In this document: positions 25,457-37,856 of the stretch, one piece after another | Position numbering within the stretch: position 1 is the stretch's first letter | How the letters are laid out: every line of letters starts with the position of its first letter | Source: Eledone cirrhosa | Lineage: Eukaryota | Assembly: GCA_964016885.1 (NCBI GenBank) | Contig: OZ024741.1 | Span: 241,738,001 to 241,802,000 of the forward strand | DNA length: 64,000 bases | Direction: 5' to 3' | Position numbers and translations under genes: made by a program | Notes under the pieces: model-generated | What the model was told of the DNA's origin: nothing | What the model saw: only the letters and a program-made list of their open reading frames with translations | Databases searched by the model: none

Positions 25457-27648
25457 TCATCTTCGTTTAACGTCCATCTTCCACGCTAGGATGGGTTAGA
25501 CGGGAGTTGTCCCACTTGAGGCAAGGTTGGACGGGTGACCGTGTCTCGCTCATATAGGACTGTCTGGCAGGTTTTCTATGGCTGGATGCCCTTCCTAACA
25601 CCAACCACATTTACAGTGTGGAACTGGGAACTTTTTACCGTGTTACCTACACGACCACATTACAGCGTGGACTGTGTTTTTTTTTGTTGTAACACCTACA
25701 CGATCTCGATCTTGATTTCATTATCTCATTTACATATATACATCTCATATCATCATCATCATCATCATCATCATCGTTTAACGTCCATTTTCCACGCTAG
25801 CATGGGTCTGGACGGGAATTGTCCCACTTGAGGCAAGATTGGTTGTCTTGCTCGTATAGGACTGTCTGGCGGGTTTTCTATGGTTGGATGCCCTTCCTAA
25901 CACCAACCATGTTTACAGTGTGGACTGGGAGGTTTTTACCGTGTTACCTACACGGCCACATTACAGCGTGGACTGTGTGTTTTATTGTCGTGACACCTAC
26001 ACGTCTGGTGGGTTTTCTACGGCTGGGTGCCCTTCCCAACACCAACCACGTTTACAGTGTGTACTGGGAGGTTTTTACTGTGTTACCTACACGGCCACAT
26101 TACAGCGTGAACTGTGTGTTTTTTTGTCGTGGCACCTACACGACCTCATTTATTTCGGACTGGATGTTGTGGTACCAACATAACTTCACATTTAAGGGGG
26201 TAGTGTGGATGGGGTGGGGGTAATGGGATGGGGTGTATTTTGTTGGAGGTGCCTACTGACTGTAGGTTTCGCTTTGTACTTAGGCAAGGCGGGTCTTCTG
26301 TATAACTGTGTAGCACCAAAGATTTCGGTCCAGTGACATTGTCTTGGAGAGGTGTAAGTGTGTGAGGTCTGAATTTATCAAGTCGTCCCAGGTTTTTCTG
26401 GGTCTACCTACTCTGTGGCTACCAACTATTTTTATTGCCCTGCACTTTTTTATACAGCTGTCGTCTTTCATGCGCATCACGTGACCGTACCAACGTAGTC
26501 TTCTCTCGAGTAAACAACATCTGATCCCTCTTATTCCTAATTTCTCCCTTAGTTCGTTTATGCTTTGCCGTTCACGTATATTACTATTACACATCCAGCG
26601 GAGCATGCAAGTTTCGTTTCTCTCCAGTCTGCACAGGTCCTCTGCACGCAATGCCCAGGTCTCACTGCCATGTAACATTGCTGTTCGTATGCAGGCATCA
26701 TACAGCCTGCCTTTCATTTTTAGAGAGAACCCTTTAGCGGCCAATAGTGGTTTAAGCTCTCTGAACATTTTCCATCCCGTTCTGACTCTAGCTACCCTCC
26801 CCCACTGCTGATTTTGTCTCCCAGGTAACGGAAGCTGTCCACTATTTCTATAGAACCATCTGTGCAATGGAATGAGCTAGTATTCTCTGGGCACTTGCTG
26901 CTACTTATTGCACCAGAGCACCGGCCACATATAAAATCTATATTCTTAGTTAGCTTACCTGTGATCCCACTACATCTTTTATGCACCCATACTTTGCATT
27001 TGGGACATAAAATGGAGTTTCTGCCTACTCCTTTCCTACACACTGAGCATGGCCATTTCCCAGATGGGACCGGTGCCCTATTTTCCTTCCTACAAACTAG
27101 AACTTTAGTCTTAGACAAGGTAACTTTAAGGCCTTTTGATTCTAGGCCATGCTTCTATGTTTGGAATTTCTTTTCTAGTTCAGCCATTGATTCAGCTATG
27201 AGCGTTAGATCATCTGCATATAGGAGTTCCCATGGGCAGCCGGTCTTGAACTCCTCTGTTATATCTTGAAGGGCAATAATAAATAGTAGGGGGCTAAGGA
27301 CGGAGCCCTGATGAACACCAACTTTTACGCTAAACTCTTCACTATATTCGTTGTTAATTCTAACCTTGCTGACTGTTTCTTTATACATGGCTTGTATAGC
27401 TCTCACAAGCCATTCATCAACACCTAGTTTTCTAAGGGCCAACCAGATAATCGAGCGGGGTACTCTGTCAAAGGCTTTCTCCAAGTCAACAAAGGCTAAG
27501 TATAGGGGTTTACTTTTAGCTAGGTACTTCTCCTGTAGTTGTTGTACAGTGAAGAGAGCATCTGTTGTACTTTTACCTGACACAAACCTGAACTGCATTT
27601 TGTCTAGATCAATTCACTCTCTGATTAGTTGCGCTATTACTTTACTCA
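25457..27648 (-). mobile_element. 5'-truncated RTE LINE (related subfamily) with duplicated 3' UTR/terminus
   Basis: Broken ORFs FVDLEKAFDRV, GVHQGSVLSPLLF, LYADD, PHD finger and RLRWYGHVMRM; two 3' ends with (TGA)n tails at ~25457 and ~25750. Confidence 0.92.
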
Positions 27649-27757
27649 TATATATATATATATATATATATGCAAAGTTTTATTTAAATTGTTGGGTTAC
27701 AACGAGTAAATATTTATAACTGATATAAAAGCACTCAACAAGTATTTGGAGTATATT

Positions 27758-28114
27758 TACGATATTAAATAAATGGAAACTATATTTATAAAACCATATT
27801 TATTTCATTATATATATTTCAGGGATATCATATTAAGAATATGGTATGCCTTCATCAGACAAAATACAATATAAACAGTCTTATAAATAGATAGATTTGA
27901 CATACCTTACAACTTCAACTTCCATTTAAAAAAATCAACTTTTTAAATGGAAGTTGAAGTTGTAAGGTATGTCAAATCTATCTATTTATAAGACTGTTTA
28001 TATTGTATTTTGTCTGATGAAGGCATACCATATTCTTAATATGATATCCCTGAAATATATATAATGAAATAAATATGGTTTTATAAATATAGTTTCCATT
28101 TATTTAATATCGTA
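27758..28114. repeat. Perfect 175-bp inverted repeat with 7-nt loop (PLE-type)
   Basis: Arms 27758-27932 and 27940-28114 are exact reverse complements by eye. Confidence 0.95.
28006..28071 (+). ncRNA. Minimal type-I hammerhead ribozyme (mirror copy 27801-27866 on minus)
   Basis: tattttgt-CTGATGA-aggcataccatattcttaatatgatatccct-GAAA-tatata-TA|atgaaata: stem I, stem II, palindromic loop III and intact core. Confidence 0.8.
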
Positions 28115-28138
28115 TATATATATATATCATATATATAT

Positions 28139-28530
28139 ATAGTTAAAGAATGAAGAGTAACATGGTTGGCTGTACAATAAGGGGCTTTATTTAAAGTACT
28201 GACAATTGTTTTGTTGATCAGGTGAGTCTAGAGTTCACTAATCGCTTGAGGTTGCGTCACTCGATCTCCAATACATTATTTACCTCTGGTCAACACATCA
28301 GAGTACGTAGATATGAAAATAATTCGCTCTTACTTTAAATAAAGCCCTTATTGTACAGCCAACCATGTTACTCTTCATTCTTTAACTATTATTACTCCAA
28401 GTATAACCTCCTACATAGAAATTACCGCGAACTCACTGCATAACTATGGAAGCATCTTGTTGAGTCAAACAAAGCCGTATGTTAAAACCATCCACGACAC
28501 AGATTACCTATAACGATAACTTGTTATCCC
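28139..28530. mobile_element. PLE pLTR remnant: ~60-bp inverted arms around a degenerate hammerhead
   Basis: Arms 28139-28198 / 28331-28389; minus strand gtact-CTGATGT-gttgaccag...ctgatcaac-AAAA-caattg-TC|agtac. Confidence 0.65.
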
Positions 28531-28563
28531 ATATATATATATATCCATGTATATACATACATG

Positions 28564-28633
<70 letters not shown>

Positions 28634-28979
28634 TATGTAGGGAAAAAGGGAAGAATGACTTCACTAGTGGTTGATGTCCTTTAATAATTTAAATCTTTAC
28701 AATAAGTCATTATTGATATTAGTTCTGGTAAGTCCTTGTTAACTTTTGTGGAGATCTTTAAGTACTTTTTAACTCTCTGGAGAACTTTCACACATTTGGC
28801 GTGATTTTCAAACTGGTCTGTTGTGTTAAGTTGAAGATGTATGTATACATATATATATATAAAGAGGGGGAGAAGAAGATAGGGGCTGTGGTGTTCTGGG
28901 AGTAGAGAGGTGTAAGAGTGTATGAAAAGGTGTAATAAAAATACAGTTTTTTCAACTATAATATATATATATATATATG

Positions 28980-30478
28980 TAGGAGGTGAGTTTTATTGTA
29001 GTACAATAAAGCAATGCAGATATCGGATAAGAAGCACTCTACAGTTTGTAGGACTGGAGTATACATAATATATAAGATCAAAAGATGGTTAAAAGAGTTC
29101 CATGTATTTTATTATGCGCATTTCAAAAACAAATATCATCATGCAATAACATTTGTGTTTTCATCAGATAAAATAGGAAGACATGATATGAAGGTTAAAA
29201 AACACTTGTGAATAGTGCAGTTTTAAATCAACATATGAAAAGTAGTTTTAGATTGATGTGTGATATTGGGAAAAAAGATTTTTTGAGGTGGAGGGAGGTT
29301 GGAAAGGATGAAAATGAGGAGGAGATGAGAGTAAAAAGTGGAGGGGGAGGAGTATAATGAGGAAGGATGAGATAGGAGGAGAGATGGGTGATAGAGAGAG
29401 TGAGAGATAGCTTTTATAACTGAGAAAAATATATTGTTTTACATAGAGAGGTTGAAAAACCGTTGGAAGATAATATATAAATTAAAAGAATTTGAAAGTT
29501 AACGAAGAGAAAAATAATGTTAAGTTAAGGTTTGTATATTGAAGGGTTTAATAATATGTGCGATGAAAAGAAATTGTTAATATGTATTAAGAATAATATT
29601 TAAGGGTTTAATAATATGTGCGATGGAAAGAAAATGTTAATATGTATTAAGAATAATATTTAAGGGTTTAATAATATGTGCGATGGAAAGAAAATGTTGA
29701 TATGTATTATTAAAAAAAGCAATAGTAATGTAAGTAAGGTTATATTGTGAAAGAAGTAGAAGATAGGATGAATAAGTTAGATGAAAGGGAGAAAAAAAAA
29801 TGAATTGAGGATGAATAATCTAACGTCAAAAAAATGTTTATGTTTACGAAGGATTTTTTTCAAGGTGATATAAAGTAAGAATATATTGTACTGTGTAATA
29901 ATTGTTTCTATGTTAGGCACAATGAGAAAAGGTACAGTTTAGGGGTTAGAAATTAAAAGAAAAAGGAAAAGAAAAGGAAAAGGAAGAAAGGGAAGTGATA
30001 AATAGGAGTGATATAGAATGAGTAACTAGTATTATATAATGTATAATAAATAACTTTGAAACAAGGTAGAAAGATGGGTATATTTTTAAAGAGGTATATA
30101 TAAATAAGTGCCTTTGAGAAAAGGATTTTAAATTGATAAAGTATTATATATTAGCTGTATACTTTATGGAATGTTCTGTGGAATTTATGCAAGCAGAGAG
30201 AAAACAAGTCAGTGCGTCTATTTATTATAGAATCTAAATTAGATATAATGGTAAATTTTTCAAGTCTTTGATAGAGAACTGTTCAAGTATGGTGAAGCAG
30301 AGGAAACCTTTTTCCAAGAGATGTTATATTTAATATTTTTGTCTTTCAAGGACCATATGAGTTCTGAGTGTGCTGTGTTGGTTCTTTTAAGTTGGTATTT
30401 AAAAGACGAATGATGATTATAAAGACGAGCTTTAAAGGAGGTGGAAGTGGAGCCAAAAAAGCTCGTCTTTATAATCAT
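28980..30478 (-). mobile_element. 3' part of a Penelope-like element (GIY-YIG endonuclease fragment, 3' UTR, pLTR)
   Basis: FFGSTSTSFKARLYNHHSSFK..ELIWSLK..ISWK..ASPY, then in another frame LEKFTII..INRRTDLFSLCLHK; 60-bp tandem repeat 29542-29709; hammerhead near the 3' end; ends in (TA)n. Confidence 0.8.
29106..29174 (-). ncRNA. Intact minimal type-I hammerhead ribozyme
   Basis: attttat-CTGATGA-aaacacaaatgttattgcatgatgatatttgttttt-GAAA-tgcgca-TA|ataaaat; perfect 7-bp stem I and palindromic TGCGCA. Confidence 0.88.
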
Positions 30479-31016
30479 TGAATCTCATAGAGGAGGAATT
30501 GATGAAGGTCCAAGATGAATGAAGAGATGCTGTGCTAGAAAGAACCCATCTAACCCATGCAAACATGTAAATCAGTGAAGATGATGATATATATATACAT
30601 ATATATATGAGTGTACGCATTATATATTTAACAATATACTGTAAGTTTATTTAATATATATATACACATTGTTGGTTATTTACACAAACACACCCAGTAC
30701 ATGGTGTAAAGTGGTTGGTGATAGGGAGGTCATGACAGCCTCCCTAGTGTTGGTGATGTACACGAGAAACGTACCCAGTGCACACTGTAAAGTGATTGGT
30801 AATAGGAAAGGTATCCAACCATAGAAAGTTTGCCAAACAAAGGGTTGGGAGGAGCCTTTAGTTGTGGCAAAGACATGACAAAATCTCTTGTGCACTCAGT
30901 AAAACATGAGACCATTCTAGGAGGTCTTTCTTCAGTACTGACTTGGCCAGTATAAATCCATCCAACTCTATCTAGTTGGAAAGCATTGAAACGATGATGG
31001 TGTTGATGGCACACAC

Positions 31017-31351
31017 ATCATCATCTTCATCATCATCATTTTACGTCCACTTTTCCCTGCTTGCAAGGGTGGGACGGGAACTGTTTCTGGCTTGATTTCT
31101 ACAGCTGGATGCCCTTCCTAACACCAACCTCATTTACAGTGAGTGCTGGGTGCTTTTTTTCCGTGGCACCTCCACGACCACTTTGCAGTGGAATGATAGA
31201 GACCCCAGACCCTATCATCTCATTTCTACAGCTGAGTAAACTGGAGCAATGTGAAATAAAGTGTCTTGCTCAAGGAAACAACACATCACCCGGTCTGAGA
31301 ATTGAACTCACAACCTTTCGATTGCAAGCCCAATGCTCTAACCACTAAGCC
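31017..31351 (-). mobile_element. CORE-type SINE with RTE-derived tail and RTE-B terminus
   Basis: Same head and core as 3845-4289; terminus cccgtcccacccttgcaagcagggaaaagtggacgtaaaa(tga)n. Confidence 0.88.
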
Positions 31352-32059
31352 TCCATACATAATATATATATATAAATATATATAAATATTATTAAATTCA
31401 ATACTACAATGAATACACAATATGGAGAATATATTCGGAAAAGAACCTTAATATTTTGATTGGAAGATAAACAAGAGTAACAAAAGAAAGGAAATGAGAA
31501 AAATATGTTTTCAGGAGGAAGACACCTGTGTGATTAGTCAGCCATTTTGGAAAATTGGATTTCAGAGTGAGGCTCATTTATTGGAGAGTTACAAGGGAAG
31601 AGATAAGCATCGATGAGGTAGGAATAAATGTGTGTTTGAGAGTTGATAAATGTAATTAGCAGTCTATCTTTCTAGACTAATTGGACCAGACATTGTTTAG
31701 CCTCAGATTAACTCTGATCATGTAGACCTTTGATCAAATGAATTCCAAACATAACCATCCTGACTTATATATTTTTTAATATCTAGAACAATATTACGCA
31801 TTATACATTAGGATCTACTCAGTTTTTAAGACAAGAGAGTGTTATTTGAGGAAGATTTGGTTACTATTTCTAACAGATAAAGTGCCAGCATAGAGGCTTC
31901 CCTTTTTATTTGATCTTGACCAGTTAATCATACATATAATTAGCAGTCTATCTTTCTGTCCTCTTGAATCATGAGACAGCCTGCACATCAGTTTCCACAC
32001 ACCAGAGAAAACTCTTCCATTCCCTCCTGGCCTGCATCCCTAGAGTAGCAATGCTAAAT

Positions 32060-33026
32060 TGTACTGTTACTTGTGAGACATATCACCTTATGTCACCCAA
32101 TATAATCGCACTTTGTGTAGGAGTCGACGCCTGTTGAGGTCTGAGATGCTGCCGTGGTAAGTCCCTTGACTCCACAGGTTTACATGGTTTGTCCTGCCGC
32201 CTGAATGCTGGTCGTTTTGCCCATCACACCGAGCTAAACCTGATCATCAAATGAGCCCTGGCTTGGGAAAATATCCTCACAGTTCTGGAGCCGGCTGTTT
32301 TATTCAGAAGTGATGGGAAGAGACCAGGCGGTCTTACCCTCTGTCCCTGGGTGAGAGGTAGGTGTCTCATGCTGCGGACATCACAGTCAGTGACTCTTTT
32401 GCCCCCTCCCATATCATGGTGAATGTGGGGATCCCTTCTTCTGCTGCCAAACGGAATAAAATTTGGAAATACCAGGACTTATCAAACAATTATTTTTTTC
32501 CAGCCTGTGGTGTTTGAGACGCTGGGTCACTGACAGCAAAGTTCTTGTCTTCACTGGTGACTTGCCTTACTTAAGTGTCAGGTGATGCCCGTGAGGGTGC
32601 CTGGTTATTTCAGCACCTTAGCCTCACCATTACCTGTGGTAATGCTGCAAGCATGTTGGCTTGCCTGAAAATTAATCTCCAAGGTGTGAGGTGTTGCAGA
32701 TTGTCACACTTGGTAGTGAATTGCCCCCCTCAGCTTTTTTTTCTTCTTTTTTCTTTCCTTTATCATTTTTGTTCATAAATCTATATTATTGTGTTACTAT
32801 ACATGGTTTAGACATATTTGTCCTTCTGAACAAATTGCGAGCAATTTTTAATGTTATTTACGCATTTGTTATGTTATATATGTATATATTTAAAACATAT
32901 TTGCAACGTTATTCTACTGTAAATTTATACAATTGTAATAAAATTCTGAAAATATAATCGTTATATATAAGAAAGTTTACGAACTATTTTTGTAAATAAA
33001 TCTCTTATTCAGTTTGAAAAAAAAAG
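32060..33026 (+). mobile_element. 3' fragment of a CRE-like (restriction-like endonuclease) non-LTR retrotransposon
   Basis: Manual translation: GKSLDSTGLHGLSCRLNAGRFAHHTELNLII..LEPAVLFRSDGKRPGGLTLCPW..PVVFETLG..WLFQHLSLTITCGNAASML; aataaa plus A-run at 32995-33026. Confidence 0.75.
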
Positions 33027-33419
33027 AAATGAAATTTAACTAGATAACCTTAACTTTTTTCATACCAACTGACCCCAAACTGCTTCTGGTACAATGAAAC
33101 CAAGCCACATCCTTTAAAGAGTTTCTATTTAAATTAAAATATTCCAACAAATTTTACTTTTCTTAAATTATGTTACAAATACTATCATAATTCATAATTT
33201 TAGTAACTCCCTTCAAATTCTTCAAGAACTGATTCGAGTAGAGTGCCTTTCATGAGAAATACAGTAATGAAAGAGTTAAGTATTAACATCTATCTTCCAT
33301 TTAGCTATAAATATACATAGCAGTCTGTCTTTCATGGCTAACTTGAACAGTTAGCTATGCACATGATTAGCAGTCTATTTTTCATGATTAATTTAACCAG
33401 TTAGTAATATATAAGACCA

Positions 33420-33695
33420 GTGCTGGGTTTACCATTGTGCTTAGAATTTGCATCACAAGTCTGGAACCCCCATCTTGCTCAGACCATTGACCTTCTGGAA
33501 ACTGTTCAGAGACATGCAACCAAGCAAATACCCTCCATCAGGCATCTACCATACTCTGAACACCTTGCTTCCCTGGGCATGGATACATTGAAGCTCCGAT
33601 ATCTGGCAACTGACTTGGTAAACACCCACAAAATTATTAACCATCTTGCTGAGTACCTTTTTGAATTCCATGTGTCTAACAGCCATGGGCATGCC
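33420..33695 (+). pseudogene. CR1-group LINE RT C-terminal fragment
   Basis: LEFASQVWNPHL..LETVQRHATK.IP..LPYSE.L..L....L..R...DL...HKII..GH. Confidence 0.8.
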
Positions 33696-33872
33696 AAATG
33701 TGAGTTTGAATCCTACAGGCATCCCTGTCCTTTTCTTCAATCTTTGGGTTTTTATGTCGAACCTTTTAAAATATTTTTCATAGTCATAACTTGCAGTTTA
33801 GCAGCTTACAATAAACGAACATTCTTTTAGAATTATAATTAACAGCTTATCTTTCAGGACTAACTGGAATGG

Positions 33873-34101
33873 TTAACCCTTTAGCATTTAAACCAGCTGT
33901 ATCCAGTCAGAATTCTCTCACCTCTTTCTGTCCAAACCAGCTGTAACCAGCTGCTCATACTTATGTTAAGGTATTGTTCTCAAAATAAATAAAATCAAAA
34001 TCTTATAGATTCAATATTATGTGAGATAATTATATGAGATAAAGCCTTTGCCATGAAAATACAATAGTATATATGGAGCAATGTAAATGCTAAAGGGTTA
34101 A
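33873..34101. mobile_element. piggyBac-like MITE
   Basis: TTAA|ccctttagcattta ... taaatgctaaaggg|TTAA. Confidence 0.8.
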
Positions 34102-34799
34102 GCTATGAATGTAGTTATTTTTAAGAATATGTTGACAATTTAGGCTGCTAGCTACTCCTACCATCATCCCTTACCACTAACATTGCCACACTGTGTGGTC
34201 CTCAGCATTATCCAAACTTTGAAAAAAATCTCCCTCTAAGATATAAGTCAGGGTAAAAGAAATCAAACCAAGCATGAAACTAAGCTCTGGGATATGAAAC
34301 AAAACAAAAATCAAAATGTCTTGCATCTGTTCCAGGTCAGGGAACGTAGGGATCTCTGTATGATTGACTGATTTGGTCATAGCCTTCCCTGCTCCCTTCT
34401 CTCTCTGTATCTTTTTCTTTCTCTTCTGTATTCTGACTACAAGGGAAAGAAAAGTGGTGCTGATGGTGTTGGCAGCAGTAGTTAGGGGGTTGAGGAAGGT
34501 GGGCTGTTTAGTAATGTTTTTTTGGGGTGTGTATAAAAAGTTATTTGATGTTGCATTAGTTTATTTCTTGTAGTTTATCTGTATATTCAGTCAACCATGA
34601 AATTAATCAGATTCAGATAACTTCCACCACTCACCCCTACTGCTCCCTCTAGTGACTCAATATTGTGTTATCATTGAAGCAGGAAGATAAATTTTTTTCC
34701 TCTCTCTTCGCCCCTCTCTCTCTCTCTCCATTTCCCTCCCTCCCTCTCTCTACCCCCCCTCTCTTCCTACCTCTCTCTCTCTTTCTCTCTCTGCCCCTC

Positions 34800-34843
<44 letters not shown>

Positions 34844-34984
34844 ACCTCTCTCTCTCACACACACAAACCCCTCTCTCCTGCTGAATACTGTGTCTTTGTG
34901 GTTATTCCTTTTATATTTCTTTATACCATGTATTTTATGAATAATAGCATCATTGCTTGTATAGGTTTCCAATGAGGACAATCA

Positions 34985-37240
34985 CTGGTTGTTATCGTTG
35001 TTGTTGTTGTCGTTGTTATCGTTGTTGTTGTTGTTGTTGTTGTTGCAGTTTCTCTTGTTGTTGTTGTTGTTGTTGCAGTTGCAGTTGTTGTTGTTGTTGC
35101 AGTTGTTGTTGTTGTTGTTGTTGTTGTTGTTGCAGTTGTTGTTGCTGCTGTTGTTGTTGTTGTTGTAATTGGTTGTTATGATCATGGTGATGGTGGGAGT
35201 GAGGTAATGATGATGGTGGTTGTTGGTATCGTGTCATTGTTGGTGGTGGTGGTGGTGGTGGTGGAGGTAGTCGTGGTGGTGGTGGTGGTGGTAGTCGTGG
35301 TGGTGGTGGTGGTAGTGGAGGTAGTCGTGGTGGTGGTGGTGATGGAGGTAGTCGTGGTGGTGGTGGAGGTAGTTGTGGTGGTGGTGGTGGTGGTGGTAGT
35401 CGTGGTAGTGGTGGTGGTGGAGGTAGCGGTGGTGGTGGTGGTGGTGGAGGTAGTCGTGGTGGTGGTGTGGTGGTGGTGGTAGTCGTGGTGCTGGTGGTGG
35501 TAGTGGAGGTAGTCGTGGTGGTGGTGGTGATGGAGGTAGTCGTGGTGGTGATGGTGGTGGTGTTGGAGGTAGTCCTGGTGGTGGTGGTGGTGGTGGAGGT
35601 AGTCGTGGTGGTGGTGGTGGTAGTGGAGGTAGTCGTAGTGGTGGTGGTGATGGAGGTAGTCGTGGTGGTGGTGGTGGTGGTGGTGGTAGTCGTGGTGGTG
35701 GTGGTGGTAGTCGTGGTGGTGATGGTGGTGGTGGAGGTAGTTGTGGTGGTGGTGGTGGTGGTGGTGGTAGTCGTGGTGGTGGTGGTGGTGGTGGTTATGG
35801 AGGTAGTCGTGATGGTGGTGGTGGTGGTGGAGGTAGTCGTGGTGGTGATGGTGGTGGTGGAGGTAGTTGTGGTGGTGGTGGTGGAGGTAGTTGTGGTGGT
35901 GGTGGTGGTGGTGGAGGTAGTTGTGGTGGTGGTGGTGATGGAGGTAGTCGTGGTGGTGGTGGTGGTGTTGGAGGTAGTCGTGGTGGTGGTGGTGATGGAG
36001 GTAGTCGTGATGGTGGTGGTGGTGGTGGAGGTAGTCGTGGTGGTGGTGGTGGTGGTGGTGCAGGTAGTTGTGGTGGTGGTGGTAGTGGTGGTGGTGGTGG
36101 TGATGGAGGTAGTCGTGGTGGTGGTGGTGATGGAGGTAGTCATGATGGTGGTGGTAGTGGTGGAGGTAGTCATGGTGGTGGTGGTGCAGGTAGTTGTGGT
36201 GGTGATGGTGGTGGTGTTGGAGGTAGTCCTGGTGGTGGTGGTGGTGGAGGTAGTCGTGGTGGTGGTGGTGCAGGTAGTTGTGGTGGTGATGGTGGTGGTG
36301 GTGGAGGTAGTCGTGGTGGTGGTGGTGGAGGTAGTCGTGGTGGTGGTGAAGGTATTCGTGGTGGTGGTGGTGATGGAGGTAGTCGTGGTGGTGGTGGAGG
36401 TAGTCGTGGTGGTGGTGAAGGTAGTCGTTGTGGTGGTGGTGATGGAGGTAGTTGTGGTGGTGGTGGTGGTGGTGGAGGTAGTCGTGGTGGTGGTGGTGGT
36501 TATGGAGGTAGTTGTGATGGTGGTGGTGGTGATGGAGGTAGTCATGGTGGTGGTGGTGGTGGTGGTGGTGCAGGTAGTTGTGGTGGTGGTGGTAGTGGTG
36601 GTGGTGGTGGTGGTGGAGGTAGTCGTGGTGGTGGTGGAGGTGGAGGTAGTCGTGGTGGTGGCGGTGGTGGAGGTAGTCGTGGTGGTGGCGGTGGTGGAGG
36701 TAGTCGTGGTGGTGGTGGTGGTGGAGGTAGTCGTGGTGGTGGTGGTGGTGGTAGTCGTGATGGTGGTGGTGGTGGTGGTAGTCGTGGTGGTGGTGGTCAT
36801 GGAGGTAGTCGTGGTGGTGGTGGTGGTGGAGGTAGTGGTGGTGGTGGTGGTGGAGGTAGTCATGGTGGTGGTGGTGATGGAGGTAGTCGTGGTGGTGGTG
36901 CTGGTGGAGGTAGTGGTGGTGGTGGTGGTGGAGGTAGTCGTGGTGGTGGTGGTGGTGGTGGAGGTAGTCGTGGTGGTGGTGGTGGTGGTAGTCGTGGTGG
37001 TGGTGGTGGTGGTGGTGGTGACGGTTGTCATTATCCTAGTCATTGTCTCATTGTCACTATTGTGGTGGTGGTGGTGGTGGTGGTGGTGGTGGTGTGGTGG
37101 TGGAGGTAGTCGTGGTGGGGGTAGTGGAGTTAGTCGTGGTGGTGGTGTGGTGGTGGAGGTAGTCGTGGTGGGGGTAGTGGAGGTAGTCGTGGCGGTGGTG
37201 GTTGTGGTGGAGGTAGTCGTGGTGGTGGTGGTGGAGGGTG
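34985..37240. repeat. (GTT)n followed by a ~2-kb (GGT)n/GGAGGTAGTC cryptic satellite
   Basis: Directly visible; the poly-V and poly-T ORFs are artefacts of it. Confidence 0.95.
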
Positions 37241-37596
37241 AGTGGTGTTATGACATTAGTAAGGATTATAGTACTGGTAGTCTACTGATAGTGGCGGTAA
37301 TGATGAAGATGGAGGAAGTAATTGATGACAGTGATGGTGGCTGTGAAGGTGTTGTTGGTGGTGGTGTTGACAGTAGTGGTAATGGGGAGGGGTTATAGCA
37401 GTGGTGGTGGGGGGTATAGTGGTGGTGGGACAAGGGGGTGGGGGTTATAATAGTGAGGCCCATGGTGTTTAGATTTCTAAATATATAATTATTTTAAAAT
37501 TAAAAAAACTTATACAAAAGTTCAAGATGTTTGTACCCCCAGCCTGGGAATTACACATATATACACACACTCATATATGCATATATATATCTGTGT

Positions 37597-37636
<40 letters not shown>

Positions 37637-37856
37637 ATATATAATTCACATTTAAAAGATATATCTAGAGAGAGAGAGAGTCTCTCTATAAATATATTTA
37701 AATTTGAATTATTGATGTTCAGAACCAAGGTTCATTGAACTTATTTATTGAGAAACAAGATCATCATACATATTATGTATGTATTGATACCTTAACATAG
37801 TATTTATATATATATATTAATATATATATATTAATATATATATATATTAATATATA

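Noticed and set aside
35016-37398. 675-aa poly-Thr (mucin-like) and 643-aa poly-Val ORFs
   Set aside because: They are translations of a trinucleotide satellite that is stop-free by composition; no signal peptide or splice support.
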